Assembly: GCF_037042905.1 (NCBI RefSeq)
Contig: NC_087252.1
Span: 8,496,001-8,560,000 of the forward strand
DNA length: 64,000 nucleotides
DNA from: Lytechinus pictus
Lineage: Eukaryota
Direction: 5' to 3'
This document shows, in pieces, positions 22,131 through 33,599 of the stretch. Made by a program: the position numbers and the translations under genes. How positions within the stretch are numbered: position 1 is the first letter of the stretch; each line of letters begins with the position of its first letter. The notes beneath the pieces were generated by a model. The model saw only the letters and a program-made list of their open reading frames with translations, was not told the DNA's origin and did no database searches.

Positions 22131-23895
22131 GGGTATTTTTTTTTTATTCCTTCCCCGTCCCTACCCATCTTTTTTTCTCTTTTTATTTTCGTGTGAAATT
22201 CTATTCAGACCTGTATTTATCAAATCTTGCTTCTTAATTGCTGCTTTTGATTTTCAAGTTCTTGATTACATTATTTCTACTCTTATTTGGGATGGGAGGG
22301 GTAGAGTTAAAAGTCAAGTCCACATCAACTAAAAATTATTTGAATAGAGTAATTTCCCTTGTTGTTTTTACTCAAAACAGTCATATACACAAAACAATGA
22401 TATGCAAATTAGAGTTGTCACTCACATCACATTCGTTTCTATTTTTTGTGGCATTTTGTTTTTTATTCTTTGCAGATTTTACGATAGGAAACTCTTCATC
22501 TGATCACAATAGGTTATATTTACGGAACTGTTAAAATAGTAATTATATAAATTTGAATCAAAGTTTTTATGAAATTTCCTGCAATATCTTGGTATTTTTC
22601 TTTAAATTCAAATGAATTTTTGATTGCGTGGACTTCTCCTTTACTCTAAATGTAGGGAATGCATAGCAAAATTTATCCAGAAACAAAATTGTCTTAGAAT
22701 ATGCAAATCAGTAATTGGACACATGTTCACTTTTCTTTCATCCAGGCCACTTCCTCACATCCACCAGGCTTTCAGTCTTATAACAAAAATGATGAACCAT
22801 CACACAACAGCACACAACATTCACAGTGCTTCACAATAAATATTTCACTTCTGTTCATACATGCAATAAATATTGTGGAAAACAAATAAAAGGCGTACCC
22901 ATATTCAAATACCGTTTAAAAGGACAAATATATTATACCTTTCGAGAAAAATCAGCACGTTAAATATCTGATAACAAAACATAATTATGGGGCACTGCAA
23001 GAAACTTATGTTCAATTGCAAATCAAGCGTAAGTCTTAAATTCAAATTCAAGCGTAATAAGGTCGAGTTGCAATCGCAATTCAACTACATGTTTAATCAA
23101 AGGACTTACCCTTGATTCGGGACGTGTGATTGAGTATAACATTTCTCGCAAAATGCCCTAGTAACATTAAAATTGTTCTTTCGTTTAAATTGTGTGTTAT
23201 TATTTTTGACAAGCTGTATTCCTGTCCAAGTCAAATTTCTTAGTTCTCTCCAAAACTGTGCTCAAAATTGTTTCCAAGATTGATAAAGAAAAATTTTCTT
23301 TTGTATCATTATCAGTCCACAACTTGCAAACCGTAGGTCCTGGAAAGAGTGAAGAAAAAAATGGCTATATCCAAATCATAGTAAAAGGACATGATGGAAT
23401 CTCCCAGATTGAGGTAGCAAGCAGAGACCAGAAGTCACCAGAGTCAGCAAGTGTGCAGATCTGTGTGTAGAAGAGAGAAAAAAAAATAGTTTAAATAATC
23501 AAATCAAAGTATGAATTTAATTATCGTGATGATTGATGACGTGCGGTGGCATGTAATTCCCGGTCAACAACAAATGATAGTAGGTTTAGACACCTGAAAA
23601 GTTCCACTCAGAACACTGGTGCTCTACCTCAAGTGATGTTTGTGTAGGCCCCACTCCACTTCACTACCGCTACACTACCGTACATGTACGCCACACCTAC
23701 CCGGGTAGGTGTGTAGCGTAGTGTAGGCTGTAGCAGGAGTGAAGTGGAGACTACACGAACATCACTTGAGGTACGGTGCTCTCTGAGTCTCTGTGTCATT
23801 ACAAATATTGCATTTATCTTCATTGTTGAAGGCATTACGCATACATATATGCAGCAACACTCTAATCAGAAAGAAACACCATACTCTAATGTTGG

Positions 23896-24279
23896 CCCAC
23901 CTAAGGGTTCATTACATGCCGCCGCGCACAGAAAATTCAAGCCATAGAAGTCGTGGACCCAAGAAGTGAGATCCCAGCACGCGCGACCCACTAGTTAGAA
24001 ATCCACTGCCAAACGCGGTTCGTGGTGCGAGGTTAGTATACTAATACTAACCTCGCAATACGTGTGAGTGATTTCGGCCAGGAATCAGGGTAATCACCAC
24101 TCACACGTATTGCGAGGTAAGTATTAGTATACTAACATCGCACCATGAACCGCGTTTGGCAGTGGATTTCTAACTAGTGGGTCGCGCGTGCTGGGATCTC
24201 ACTTCTTGGGTCCACAACACACGACTTCTATGGCTTGATTTTTCTGTGCGCGGCGGCATGTAATGAACCCTTGGGTGGG
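23896..24279. mobile_element. 384-bp near-perfect palindrome (MITE-like)
   Basis: Arms of ~175 bp (cccacctaagggttcattacatgccgccgcgcacagaaaa... / ...ttttctgtgcgcggcggcatgtaatgaacccttgggtggg) around a ~25-30-bp loop. Confidence 0.9.
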
Positions 24280-25499
24280 TAATCACTGCTGAAAATTTGT
24301 CTGGCTTCATGACATCGGCATCATGGTGATATAATTCTGTGTATAATAAAAACTTAAACATTCCTCCGAAATAGCAGATTTTCAGCCATTGTCCATACCA
24401 GTGCTCCTAAATAATTTAATCGCCTGCCTGAGTCCTGACCAGTTTTAGAAATCTGAAGAAAAAATCTGCTGGAATTGTGCAAAAACATTATTTCTAAAAT
24501 AAAAACTTTTTAATTTTAATAGTAGTTATGCCAAAATGCATGATTCTAAACTTATATCAGATCTGTATCTGTCATCTGACCTGAATGCATCGTCAGAACA
24601 AGTACAGTTTCCAAACATGCTTACCTTGTCCTTGACTTTTGACTGGATCAAACAGCGTAGCCTGCAACATGCATCGGGAGCAAGTGAATGGGACCGTGCA
24701 GCTTGGAGTTTTTCAATAGTTAGTAGAGCAACACAACGAAGACTGTCGAGTGGACAAAATCGATCTTTCCAGTTCACAATTCAATAAAAAACGGGCAAAA
24801 TAACACAGTTCTGGTTCCCTTATAGTCTGAAGTTGTCGAAAACAGAATTCGGATATCACAATACATGAAGAAAACGGTAAATTCGAAGAAAAATAGAGAC
24901 CAGGAAGGTGAATCAGCTATCAGTGTACTGCTGCACAGAGTGCCCTAGTCGATCATGTGACGTCATTATTCTCGACTGATTTTGATCGCGTGACTGTCTG
25001 TCTGGGGGCGGCTGGGGGGCTGAGAAGGGTCTCTAATAATTTCATTTCTTGCATTTCCACGACATCAATAAGACTTTTTAGTGACATATTTGTGTATAAA
25101 AAGACAAGACCTTTCCATTCATATATAATTTGTCTATAATCATCACTTTCGTGAATTTTCTTTGGATGTATACTTTAAATTGACTCATTTCATATCGGAA
25201 TTTCAAATATTATTTTCAACTCGCGCTCTGCGCTCGCATTATTGATTTTCGTGATGAAAAATGAAATGTGTTCAGAATGAAGATTCTGTCCAACTTTAAA
25301 ACACGCGCACGCATATATATTTTAGATACGCAGCTTGATCTTATTGAAAACGTACTAAAATTATCCAGTTTCAAATCAGAATATCAAAAGTTTTCTGCTC
25401 GCGCTATGCGCTCGCATTATGAAAATACCAAAAATTACCCATCCTTTTTCATGATTGACAAAACATGACTCGAGTGTCCCGTTGAGGGTTTGAAATTTA

Positions 25500-26640
25500 T
25501 TCATTTTGTTTTATTTTTTTAGATTTTACTTTATTATGACATATTTAATCAGGATAAAGATAAAACATGATCAGCCGAGGCTGTTTTACATCATGGTCCT
25601 GTCAACACACACAAAATATATACAATGCATAAAAATTATTTCTAAAAAGGAGTAAATTACAATGGCTCACAATATAAAAAGATGTATAATTGGTCTGACC
25701 TAGAAGGAGATCAGGATAAAAGAAAGAAGAAAGAAGAGAGAGGAAGGTAAGAGAAAGAGGGGGGGGGGGATAGGTGGGAGAAGGAAATAAAAGAAGGTCG
25801 GTCAATTAGAAAACAATACATATCATTTCATTAAACAACAGCTTTAAAATAATGGCATTTATACATACGTTTAAAAACTTCAAGAGAATTTGCATTTTGA
25901 ATATCAGATGGAAGGCTATTCCAAACCAAGCCACCAGCATATTTAAAACAACTTTTAAAACATTCCAGAGTAGGCTTTGGTAAAACGACGTTCAATGTAT
26001 TGGCAAGTCTAGTATTAGCAGAGTGTCTTTCAAAAACCATTTCCACTTCATTGCACATTCGGACTGGGGTCTTTCCATGAATACAGTTATACATTATACA
26101 AGCTAAAAAGTAATCACGTCTGATATCAAGAGTTTGCCATTTAAGAGAATTAATTATATTAAGGCCATTATAATCAAATTGCCTGTTACTATGCGTGCAG
26201 CCCTTTTATGTAATCTTAAAAGTGTATTTCTATGATATAAAGAACAGTTTCCCCATACGGAACAAGAATAATCAAAGGTTGGTTGTATGGTGCATTTATA
26301 TATTTTATTCAAAACATCCTTGCTTAAAAATTTACTAATTTTCATTAGTGTGAATATCTTGTAACTTAAAGATTTAATTAAATATTTAATATGAGCATCC
26401 CAGCATACTTTACAATCTAACATGATGCCTAGGTATCTTATGCTTTGTACTTGTTCAATGATATAATTATTAATATACACCTTCAATTTAAGATCATTAT
26501 TATTCCTTAAGTTATTGGCCAAAATCATAACATTACTTTTCTTCGCATTAATCCTTAATCTGTTATAATTATACCATTCATTAATAGAATTAAAATCTTC
26601 TTGAAGCTTGGATGTTATAACATTAATATCTTTATCAGAC
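25500..26640 (-). mobile_element. 5'-truncated, frameshifted CR1-group (L2/Crack-like) LINE 3' fragment
   Basis: ORFs 26154-26693 and 25831-26094 encode RT C-terminal motifs: LRINAKKS, IRYLGIMLD, FDYSCSVWG, LHKRAARIV, FKYAGGLVWNSLP. Confidence 0.9.
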
Positions 26641-29619
26641 ACATATACATGTATTACCACATATATTATTCCACATATATCAGACAATTCCACATATTCA
26701 TCTTTTTAGGTTGGAATATCAAAAATGTTCAGCTCGCGCTTCGCGCTCACATTATTTAATCGTTGAAACATGTATCGTCTTAATGGATAACTGCAAAACT
26801 TCCTTTACAGGTCCCTTTTCGACTAGGCCATAATGCATATTTAACACTTCTGATCGCGCTTCGCGCTCATGCTAATTATTTAGTTACATAACGCGTTCTG
26901 TTCAGGTTCACAAACATTTCCCAGAATTTTCAATTTTCAGGACAAAATACATGAAATTTCATTTTGTTTAAGCTTGCATAAGGCTTATGAGATTATTACA
27001 CATTTATGTTGTTTATAAAGTAAAGCTAGGAAATGACGGTTAGGACATGGGCGTTTTACCCCCCCCCCCTAAAAAAAAAAAAATATTAATAATAATAAAT
27101 AAATATATAAAATAAAAAAAAATCAAGACCAAGAAAAAAAGAGAGAAAAGGAAAGGGATTAGGATGAAATATGATATTATTTTCCAAATATGTCAAAATC
27201 TATCACAACCTTTAGTTTTGTAATAAAAATGTCAGCATATTTGCTTGCTCGCTTCGCTCACTGGAAACTTCTTATTAATTTTATGCGATACGCCATATCG
27301 AGCCCCCTCAAAATGGTTGGCTCATTACGCCACTGGAACAACCCCTTCAAAGAAACCAAAAATAAAAAATAAACATTGAGCTGCCGATGGGGAAAAATGT
27401 GGGTGAAAAAATTTGCTCCCCCCCCCCCTTCCTTATTTGCAGAAGCTGGGTCCGCCCCCGGAATTAGGCTTTCAGGATAAAAATACATGAAAAATAAAAG
27501 AAAATCAGATCGCGCTTAGCGTTCTCATTATTTATCTAGGCCTTGTGAAATACCTCAATGTGTTTTTGAAAATAAAATCTTAGATATTCTTTAACTTCTA
27601 CCCCCCTCCCCCATGTCATTTATTTTTTTTTTATCTTGGTGCCCTCTACAAAAGTTCAACAAGACCCCCCCAACCCCCGTGCACCCATGCTGAATAAATA
27701 CGCCACTAATGAGGAGAATGAGTCGATTGCTTCAAGATTGCATTATTCCCAAGAAGTTATCATTAATATTATTGAAGGCTATTCTAAAACAACTAGTAAA
27801 GAAACAACAGCTCCCGTTCACACAATATTCTAGTAGGGCCTACTCTGGAGAGAAGTTAAACCAAATTGAAACCCCCAAAAGTCGCTCGCGCTTCGCGCTC
27901 ACATTGATACTTCATTATATATTCATGGATTTGTTTTCAAGAACACATTAAAAGAGTGGTCTTTAATTGCCTTTTTAAAAATATGATTATAAGATAATTC
28001 AAAATCCATTTAAGGCACTTAAGTTAGCCCGGCTGGGAGGGAGTGGGCGCCATTTTTCAAAAAGTACACATGGGCGCAAAGAATCAGGTCAAATTTGGGC
28101 CCCCCTCCCCCCTTCTCACGAAATCCTGGACCCGCACCTGGGTTTTATAACAATAACCCAATTAGGGCAATCATCCCCTGACAAGTACTTCAAGGAAAAT
28201 ATGATCCCCATATTTTTACCGCCGGGGACTGTTACCCCCGGAAATTTCCCCTCCAGACAATTTTTACCCGGGATAATTACCCTTAGTACGGAGCCTTTAA
28301 AATGCCATCGACGTATCGACATGGCGTGATACTTTATCTTACCATGTATAATTAATAAGCTTATTATTTCGACATGGCGATATATTCTATCTTGTCAAGT
28401 CGATATGTCGACATGGCGAGATATGAAGTGTACAAGTCCCGGTGAGAATCCCGATATATCGCCATGTTGACATATAACTTGTTACAAGTCGACTTGGCAA
28501 GATAAAATATCTCACCATGTTGACATATAACTTTTTATATGTGGACTTGGCAGGATAACGTATCTCGCCATGTCGTCAAGTCTATGGCATTTGAAAGGCT
28601 CCGTACTAGGGGTAATTGGCGTCTAGAGGGTAAATTTCCGGGGGGGGGGGGGGTATCAGTCCCCGACGATAAAAATATGGGGATAATATTTCCTTCAAGT
28701 AGTTGTCAGGGGGCGATTGTCCTTTGGGTCATCGTTATAGAACCCCATGGACTCGTATCATTGACCTTTTGACCACTTGATGACATTGGATCTCACTATA
28801 TACTGATCATAATTTTACACACACCGCGGACTATCGGACCCGCGGACTATCGGACCCGCGGTCTATCGGACCCGCGGTCTATCGGACCCGCGGTCTATCG
28901 GACCCGCGGACTATCGGACCCGCGGTCTATCGGACCCGCGGTCTATCGGGCTGTAACCATATTATTAATTTGTTACATATTACATTTTAAATATTACCTT
29001 TTCGTATGCACTGAATGCAGAAATAAACGCAATTAATGAATCAATCAATTGATCGATCGATCAATCAATCAATCCATCAATCAATAAACAGAGTGCGAAA
29101 GGGATGAGAGGGTGCATTTTTCCAACCCCTAAGACCATGAAGACACTATAAAGGTGGGAGTGAAATACCCAATAGTGCTTTTTTGCTGAACAAATTTTCA
29201 TATCTATTCTACGTCGTGCTCCGTCACGGGCAAAATTACAAAAAAAAAAAATGATTTCTACAATATTAACGAAAATCACAATCAGTGACTAATGTGCAGG
29301 GATTTCAAAACAAGTTTCAATTCACTTAGAATTGGGCTTGGATCAAATAAGATGAATTACATTTAACCTAGGAAAAAAATTATTTGCCTTTTAAAAATTG
29401 CGGGGGAGTATTATGTAAAATATTATGCCATTGTTGTGACCTTATTCATTGAAGAGTTTCGTTATTGTCAAATATCAGCAGAAGTCAACTGAAATTTGCA
29501 GTTCTTATTAAAAAAGTCTTCCAAACATATCATTTGTTGACTTCAAATATTTTCATGATTGTTGAGCCCACCAACAATAAGTAAATGAAATGTCTACATT
29601 TGTTTGATATAATAATACC

Positions 29620-29780
29620 CAGGGGCCGCGGAACGGTTTTCAAAGTGGGGGGGGGGGGGGTTGACCATGCAAAAAATCATAATCATATGGTAATTTTTAG
29701 GTTTTTTTGTACACGGTTTTGGAAACTAAGTGGGGTGGGGGTGAAGCCCCCCCCCCCTCCCCCTGCTTCCGCGGCCCCTG
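29620..29780. mobile_element. 161-bp MITE with hAT-like termini and 5-bp TSD
   Basis: CAGGGGCCGCGGAA ... TTCCGCGGCCCCTG (perfect 14 bp). ATACC duplicated at 29615-29619 and 29781-29785. Single atacc in copy A (~4892). Confidence 0.9.
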
Positions 29781-29879
29781 ATACCTTGGGCGGTCCCATA
29801 TTTCTTTGCCACTTGAATAATAGTGGTTTCATAAATTAACAAACCAACGCCATTGTATGTATCATTCCTTCCCATATTC

Positions 29880-30620
29880 GTTTGACGTATATATGTTGTC
29901 TTCCCTAATTCTCTCCAGTCACCCCATTATTGACAGCATTACAATGGTTACCTGTCTGGCAAAGAGTCACATTTAAGATCCTAATGATATAAGAAATGAC
30001 CTATATCTCCTAGTGTTGCTTTTGTTTCAATGGTCAGCACTAGCGTACCTAAGGGGGGGGGGGCAGGGGGGCAGACTGCCCTCCCTGACGAGTCACAACT
30101 CATGCAGGGGACGTATCCCTGCCCCCCTAATGAGTCACAACTGATACAGGGGACGTGCCCCCCTTTGAGAAGCCAAATTAATAATGTGTAATGTAAAAAT
30201 GCAATAAAAACAAACGTGTATCCCCTCTTTTGAACCTCAAGACCTTTTTTTTTTGCTTGTCAATTTTTTTCGTGGTAAGAAATCCTTTATTATTATAGTT
30301 ATATCTCAATTCTCTTGAAATTGAAATCCCGATCTCATGATTATCACCTTCGTAGCTCACAAGAGACACTCACGCTGCAAGTATCCACACACAAGACCAA
30401 AGCAACATTAGGTTATATCTTATACCAGCCCCACAGCTATGGAACAAACCTCCCCTTGACATTAAGAATTCAACAAATTTATATAATTTCAAACTATAAT
30501 TAAAAACCTATTTATTCCTATAGTATATACAGTATCTGGGAAGCTCCTGCCGCGCAATAGAATATATAGAAATAGTTTTTGCGCTACATTTATATAAATG
30601 CATATCATTATTATTATTTC
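29880..30620 (+). mobile_element. Decayed L2-type LINE 3' fragment interrupted by a MITE fragment (~30035-30300)
   Basis: Translates to PVTPLLTALQWLPVWQRVTFKIL (~29905-29985), then YHLRSS and APQLWN (~30340-30450), and ends in a (tat)n tail. Confidence 0.75.
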
Positions 30621-30907
30621 TTTCGTCCCCACAATATTAAGTATTAACATTCTGTTTGGACCATTTCCTCAATCATGGTATATATTCCCAGCATATAGAT
30701 ACATCATTCAAATGAGTAATGGGTATACGATCCTTTGTTTCGCTTTCTCTTTCACGAATATATAATTTGTGCGGGTTGCTCATAGGTTTACGCGTAAAGC
30801 CATTTCGTTAGAATGAAAATTTGGTCTGTATTTGTAATTGCTACAGTATATATTTCATGAGCTTTGTAATGGAAATAATGGCTACTTGATGGGGGCGTGT
30901 CCGGCTT

Positions 30908-32691
30908 GCGAAATTATTTTTCCAACAGGAGTTCTGGACCCCAATGTGAATATTTATGACTTGCGTCTTCAGAATAAGAGTACGCATGTGCATGAACTTA
31001 TCTTTACAGAACTGTGGTCGTTCGCGTCGCATGCCATGAATGAATCAGCACCCTCAAATTGCCGGTACCCTTCTAGGCTTTCGGCTTAGATCTATATATC
31101 TAGATCCAATTCTTAAACACTTATCAAATTGCCATTAATGACAAGACAAATTGCTTCACTATGGCTAGCGTAGGCTAGATACGCTAGGGCATTAACTTTA
31201 TTTCATTGGTTTAAAGTAAGTAAACGTAAAAAGTTCGGAATTGTCCCACATATGTGACTCGTCACGTCAAAAGCAGACAGAACTAGATTTTTTCAAACAT
31301 GATTTTTTTATGATTATGATTCTCCATTTCTCAAGCTTTAATTTGGTATATAGCACATGCTAAGGGACGGACACAGTATTTGCAGAGAAAATAGTTTTTA
31401 AATGTCCCAGGTACGAGAGTTTATAAAAAGTATTTTTACGAGAAAATCGCTTCTGAAGTTTCGCCCGCTTTCAGACTTCTCGTAGCCCTTTTCACATGTT
31501 TCACGCGGAAACTCCTTTCATTGGCTGAAAGTGCTTAGCAACCGTCTATGATTTACAATAAAATTGGGTTTTCCTGAATTCTCGAGATCTCTTCTCAAAG
31601 AAAATAAGCTTTTGTAATCGTTTCAACCATTAATTATATGGTTTTTTTAAGAAAGAAACACAATCTATTTTATTGGACCGTGAGGCATTTTGCGTGGCTT
31701 TTGCCGCGTCTGGTATCGTTTCTCTGTCTATTGTCAGATTGTGTATCGCCGGACTTTCAGGTGCGATTGTGTGTGGCGTGCATGTTGAATGCCGACTGAA
31801 CCTTTTGAGTCTTTTCCAGTCACGCCTGTATCGGCCCTATATGAATAGCCAATCAACAATGGCGTACGTTGCTAGGGGCGGAGCTTAGTACAGCGCGAAG
31901 ATTAGAGCTTGCTGAACGAGCAGAGTGTCAGAAAAGTTCGAACTGACCGAAAAAAAAACACTCGTAAAAAACTGCTTTTTCGACACTATCCCGTTATCAT
32001 TTTCGATTGATTTTTTGACAGAGTATACTTTAAACATTAAACATCCCCAAAATATAAAAATAAAAATTTCGCCATTTTTTGAAAAATTTGAGCATTTTAC
32101 CCATTTTCTCAAGTTGGTATCGAGCGAGTTCTGTCTGATTTGGACATGACGCGTCACATATGCTTTTCTGTGTAAATAATCATCAGAATTCTCGATTTTG
32201 AGCTAATATATCATGAGTTTATAAAGATAAGTCTACATTAATGTACCAGATCTATATTGATGATATTATTTGGACAATTAGCCTTAATTTATAAGACTTT
32301 CTCATGAAATAGAAAGTCTAACTGTTTGGTGCAACTAGATCTACTGTTTTTCTCTTTAACCATGTCATATTCGGCTGCAGGCATTAGACAGATCCAGATT
32401 TGAGATAAAGTTAATGCCCTAGCCTAGGCAAGCCATAGCCTATCCTAGCCTAGCCTATATAGCGTTTTGTCTTGTCATTAATGGCAATTCGATAAGTGTT
32501 TACGAATTGGATCCGATCTAAGCCTAAGGCCTATATGGGCCAGGGTGCTGATTCATCCATTGCATGCAACGCGAACGACCACAATTTTGTAAAGTCCACG
32601 TGTACAGGCGTATGCGTACTCTTATTCCGAGGACACAAGTCACGAATATTCATATTGGGGTCAGGAACTCCTGTGGGAAAAATAATTTCGC
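30908..32691. mobile_element. Mutator-like (MULE) non-autonomous element with ~280-300-bp TIRs
   Basis: GCGAAATTATTTTTCC ... GGAAAAATAATTTCGC. 9-bp TSD gtccggctt (30899-30907) / gtccggctc (32692-32700). Single gtccggctt in copy A (5265-5273). Confidence 0.88.
31254..32157. mobile_element. Nested non-autonomous TIR element, GTGAC...GTCAC termini, ATAT TSD
   Basis: ATAT|GTGACTCGTCACGTCAAAAGCAGACAGAACT ... AGTTCTGTCTGATTTGGACATGACGCGTCAC|ATAT. Superfamily not assigned. Confidence 0.82.
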
Positions 32692-33599
32692 GTCCGGCTC
32701 AAGATTATGATTAGTGTGAAATTCAGTCCAGTCCATGCTTTGTAATACGTTTTTAACGGTTTTTTTTTACTTATGTAGATAACAGGAACACCTCTGCAGT
32801 CTAGCATGGATTACGCAATGCTGACTTTGCAAAACCAAAAATATGATGATTAATTTCAAATTGGGAGAGAGAGAGAAACAAAAATCACATTCGTTGGATG
32901 GAGAAATACTAAGTTTATTGACCTCAAGTGTATGGGAGATTATAATACTACTGCGATCAACAAAATAGTCGTTTTAAATCAAGGAACAATCTGATATGTC
33001 TGAAGAGGAAGGAAATGGGCACTTACAGTGTGTCCAACAAAAAATGTTAATGGAACTTTAAATGAGTATAATGTAAAAAATACTAAATCATATTGTATGT
33101 ACATACATATAGTTTTATAATCTTTAACTGGCATTCGTTTTGTAAAACTGGCTCAAATTGTATGCAATATGGCCCATTTCAGCCTGAGCAATCGTCAAAA
33201 AACCTCTCAATCCAATTTTGTTGTTACGTTGATTGAAGTGTGTAATCCAATTAAGTCTGTATTCACTCTTATTTTATTTCCCTTTTTTTAGATTTTGGAC
33301 CCACAACTTGCGGGCCCATACTTAAATTCAAAAGAAAATTAAGGTTTCAGAAACTCATACAACATATATAGATTTTATATAAATTAACCATTAATTTCAA
33401 GGAAATGAATAAAAACATATTTTTTAATCCATGATCTCGCCTTGAAAAGTTTTGTTGTTATTTCCATGCCTAATCTGTTTGTAGGGATGAAAGTTTAGGT
33501 CTTTATGTGCATTTCGGTTGAATGTTGATTCAGATATTAGTGGAGAACATTGTTCAACCTGCAAGTTTGTTGAGGTGCTGGAAGGGAGGCTCTAAGCTC

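Larger units (their letters stand above)
21243..28140. mobile_element. 6.9-kb composite hAT-type element nested in the foldback left arm
   Basis: CAGGTGCGGATC ... GGACCCGCACCTG. 8-bp TSD ggttctat (21235-21242) / ggttttat (28141-28148). Removing it restores the foldback arm symmetry. Confidence 0.8.
20995..28958. mobile_element. Foldback-type element with terminal arrays of a 16-bp repeat, split by a nested 6.9-kb insertion
   Basis: About 10 x CCGATAG(T/A)CCGCGGGT at 21004-21160 and 8 inverted copies at 28824-28949. Inner arms 21160-21242 plus 28149-28310 mirror 28585-28823. Absent from copy A (~1790). Confidence 0.9.
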
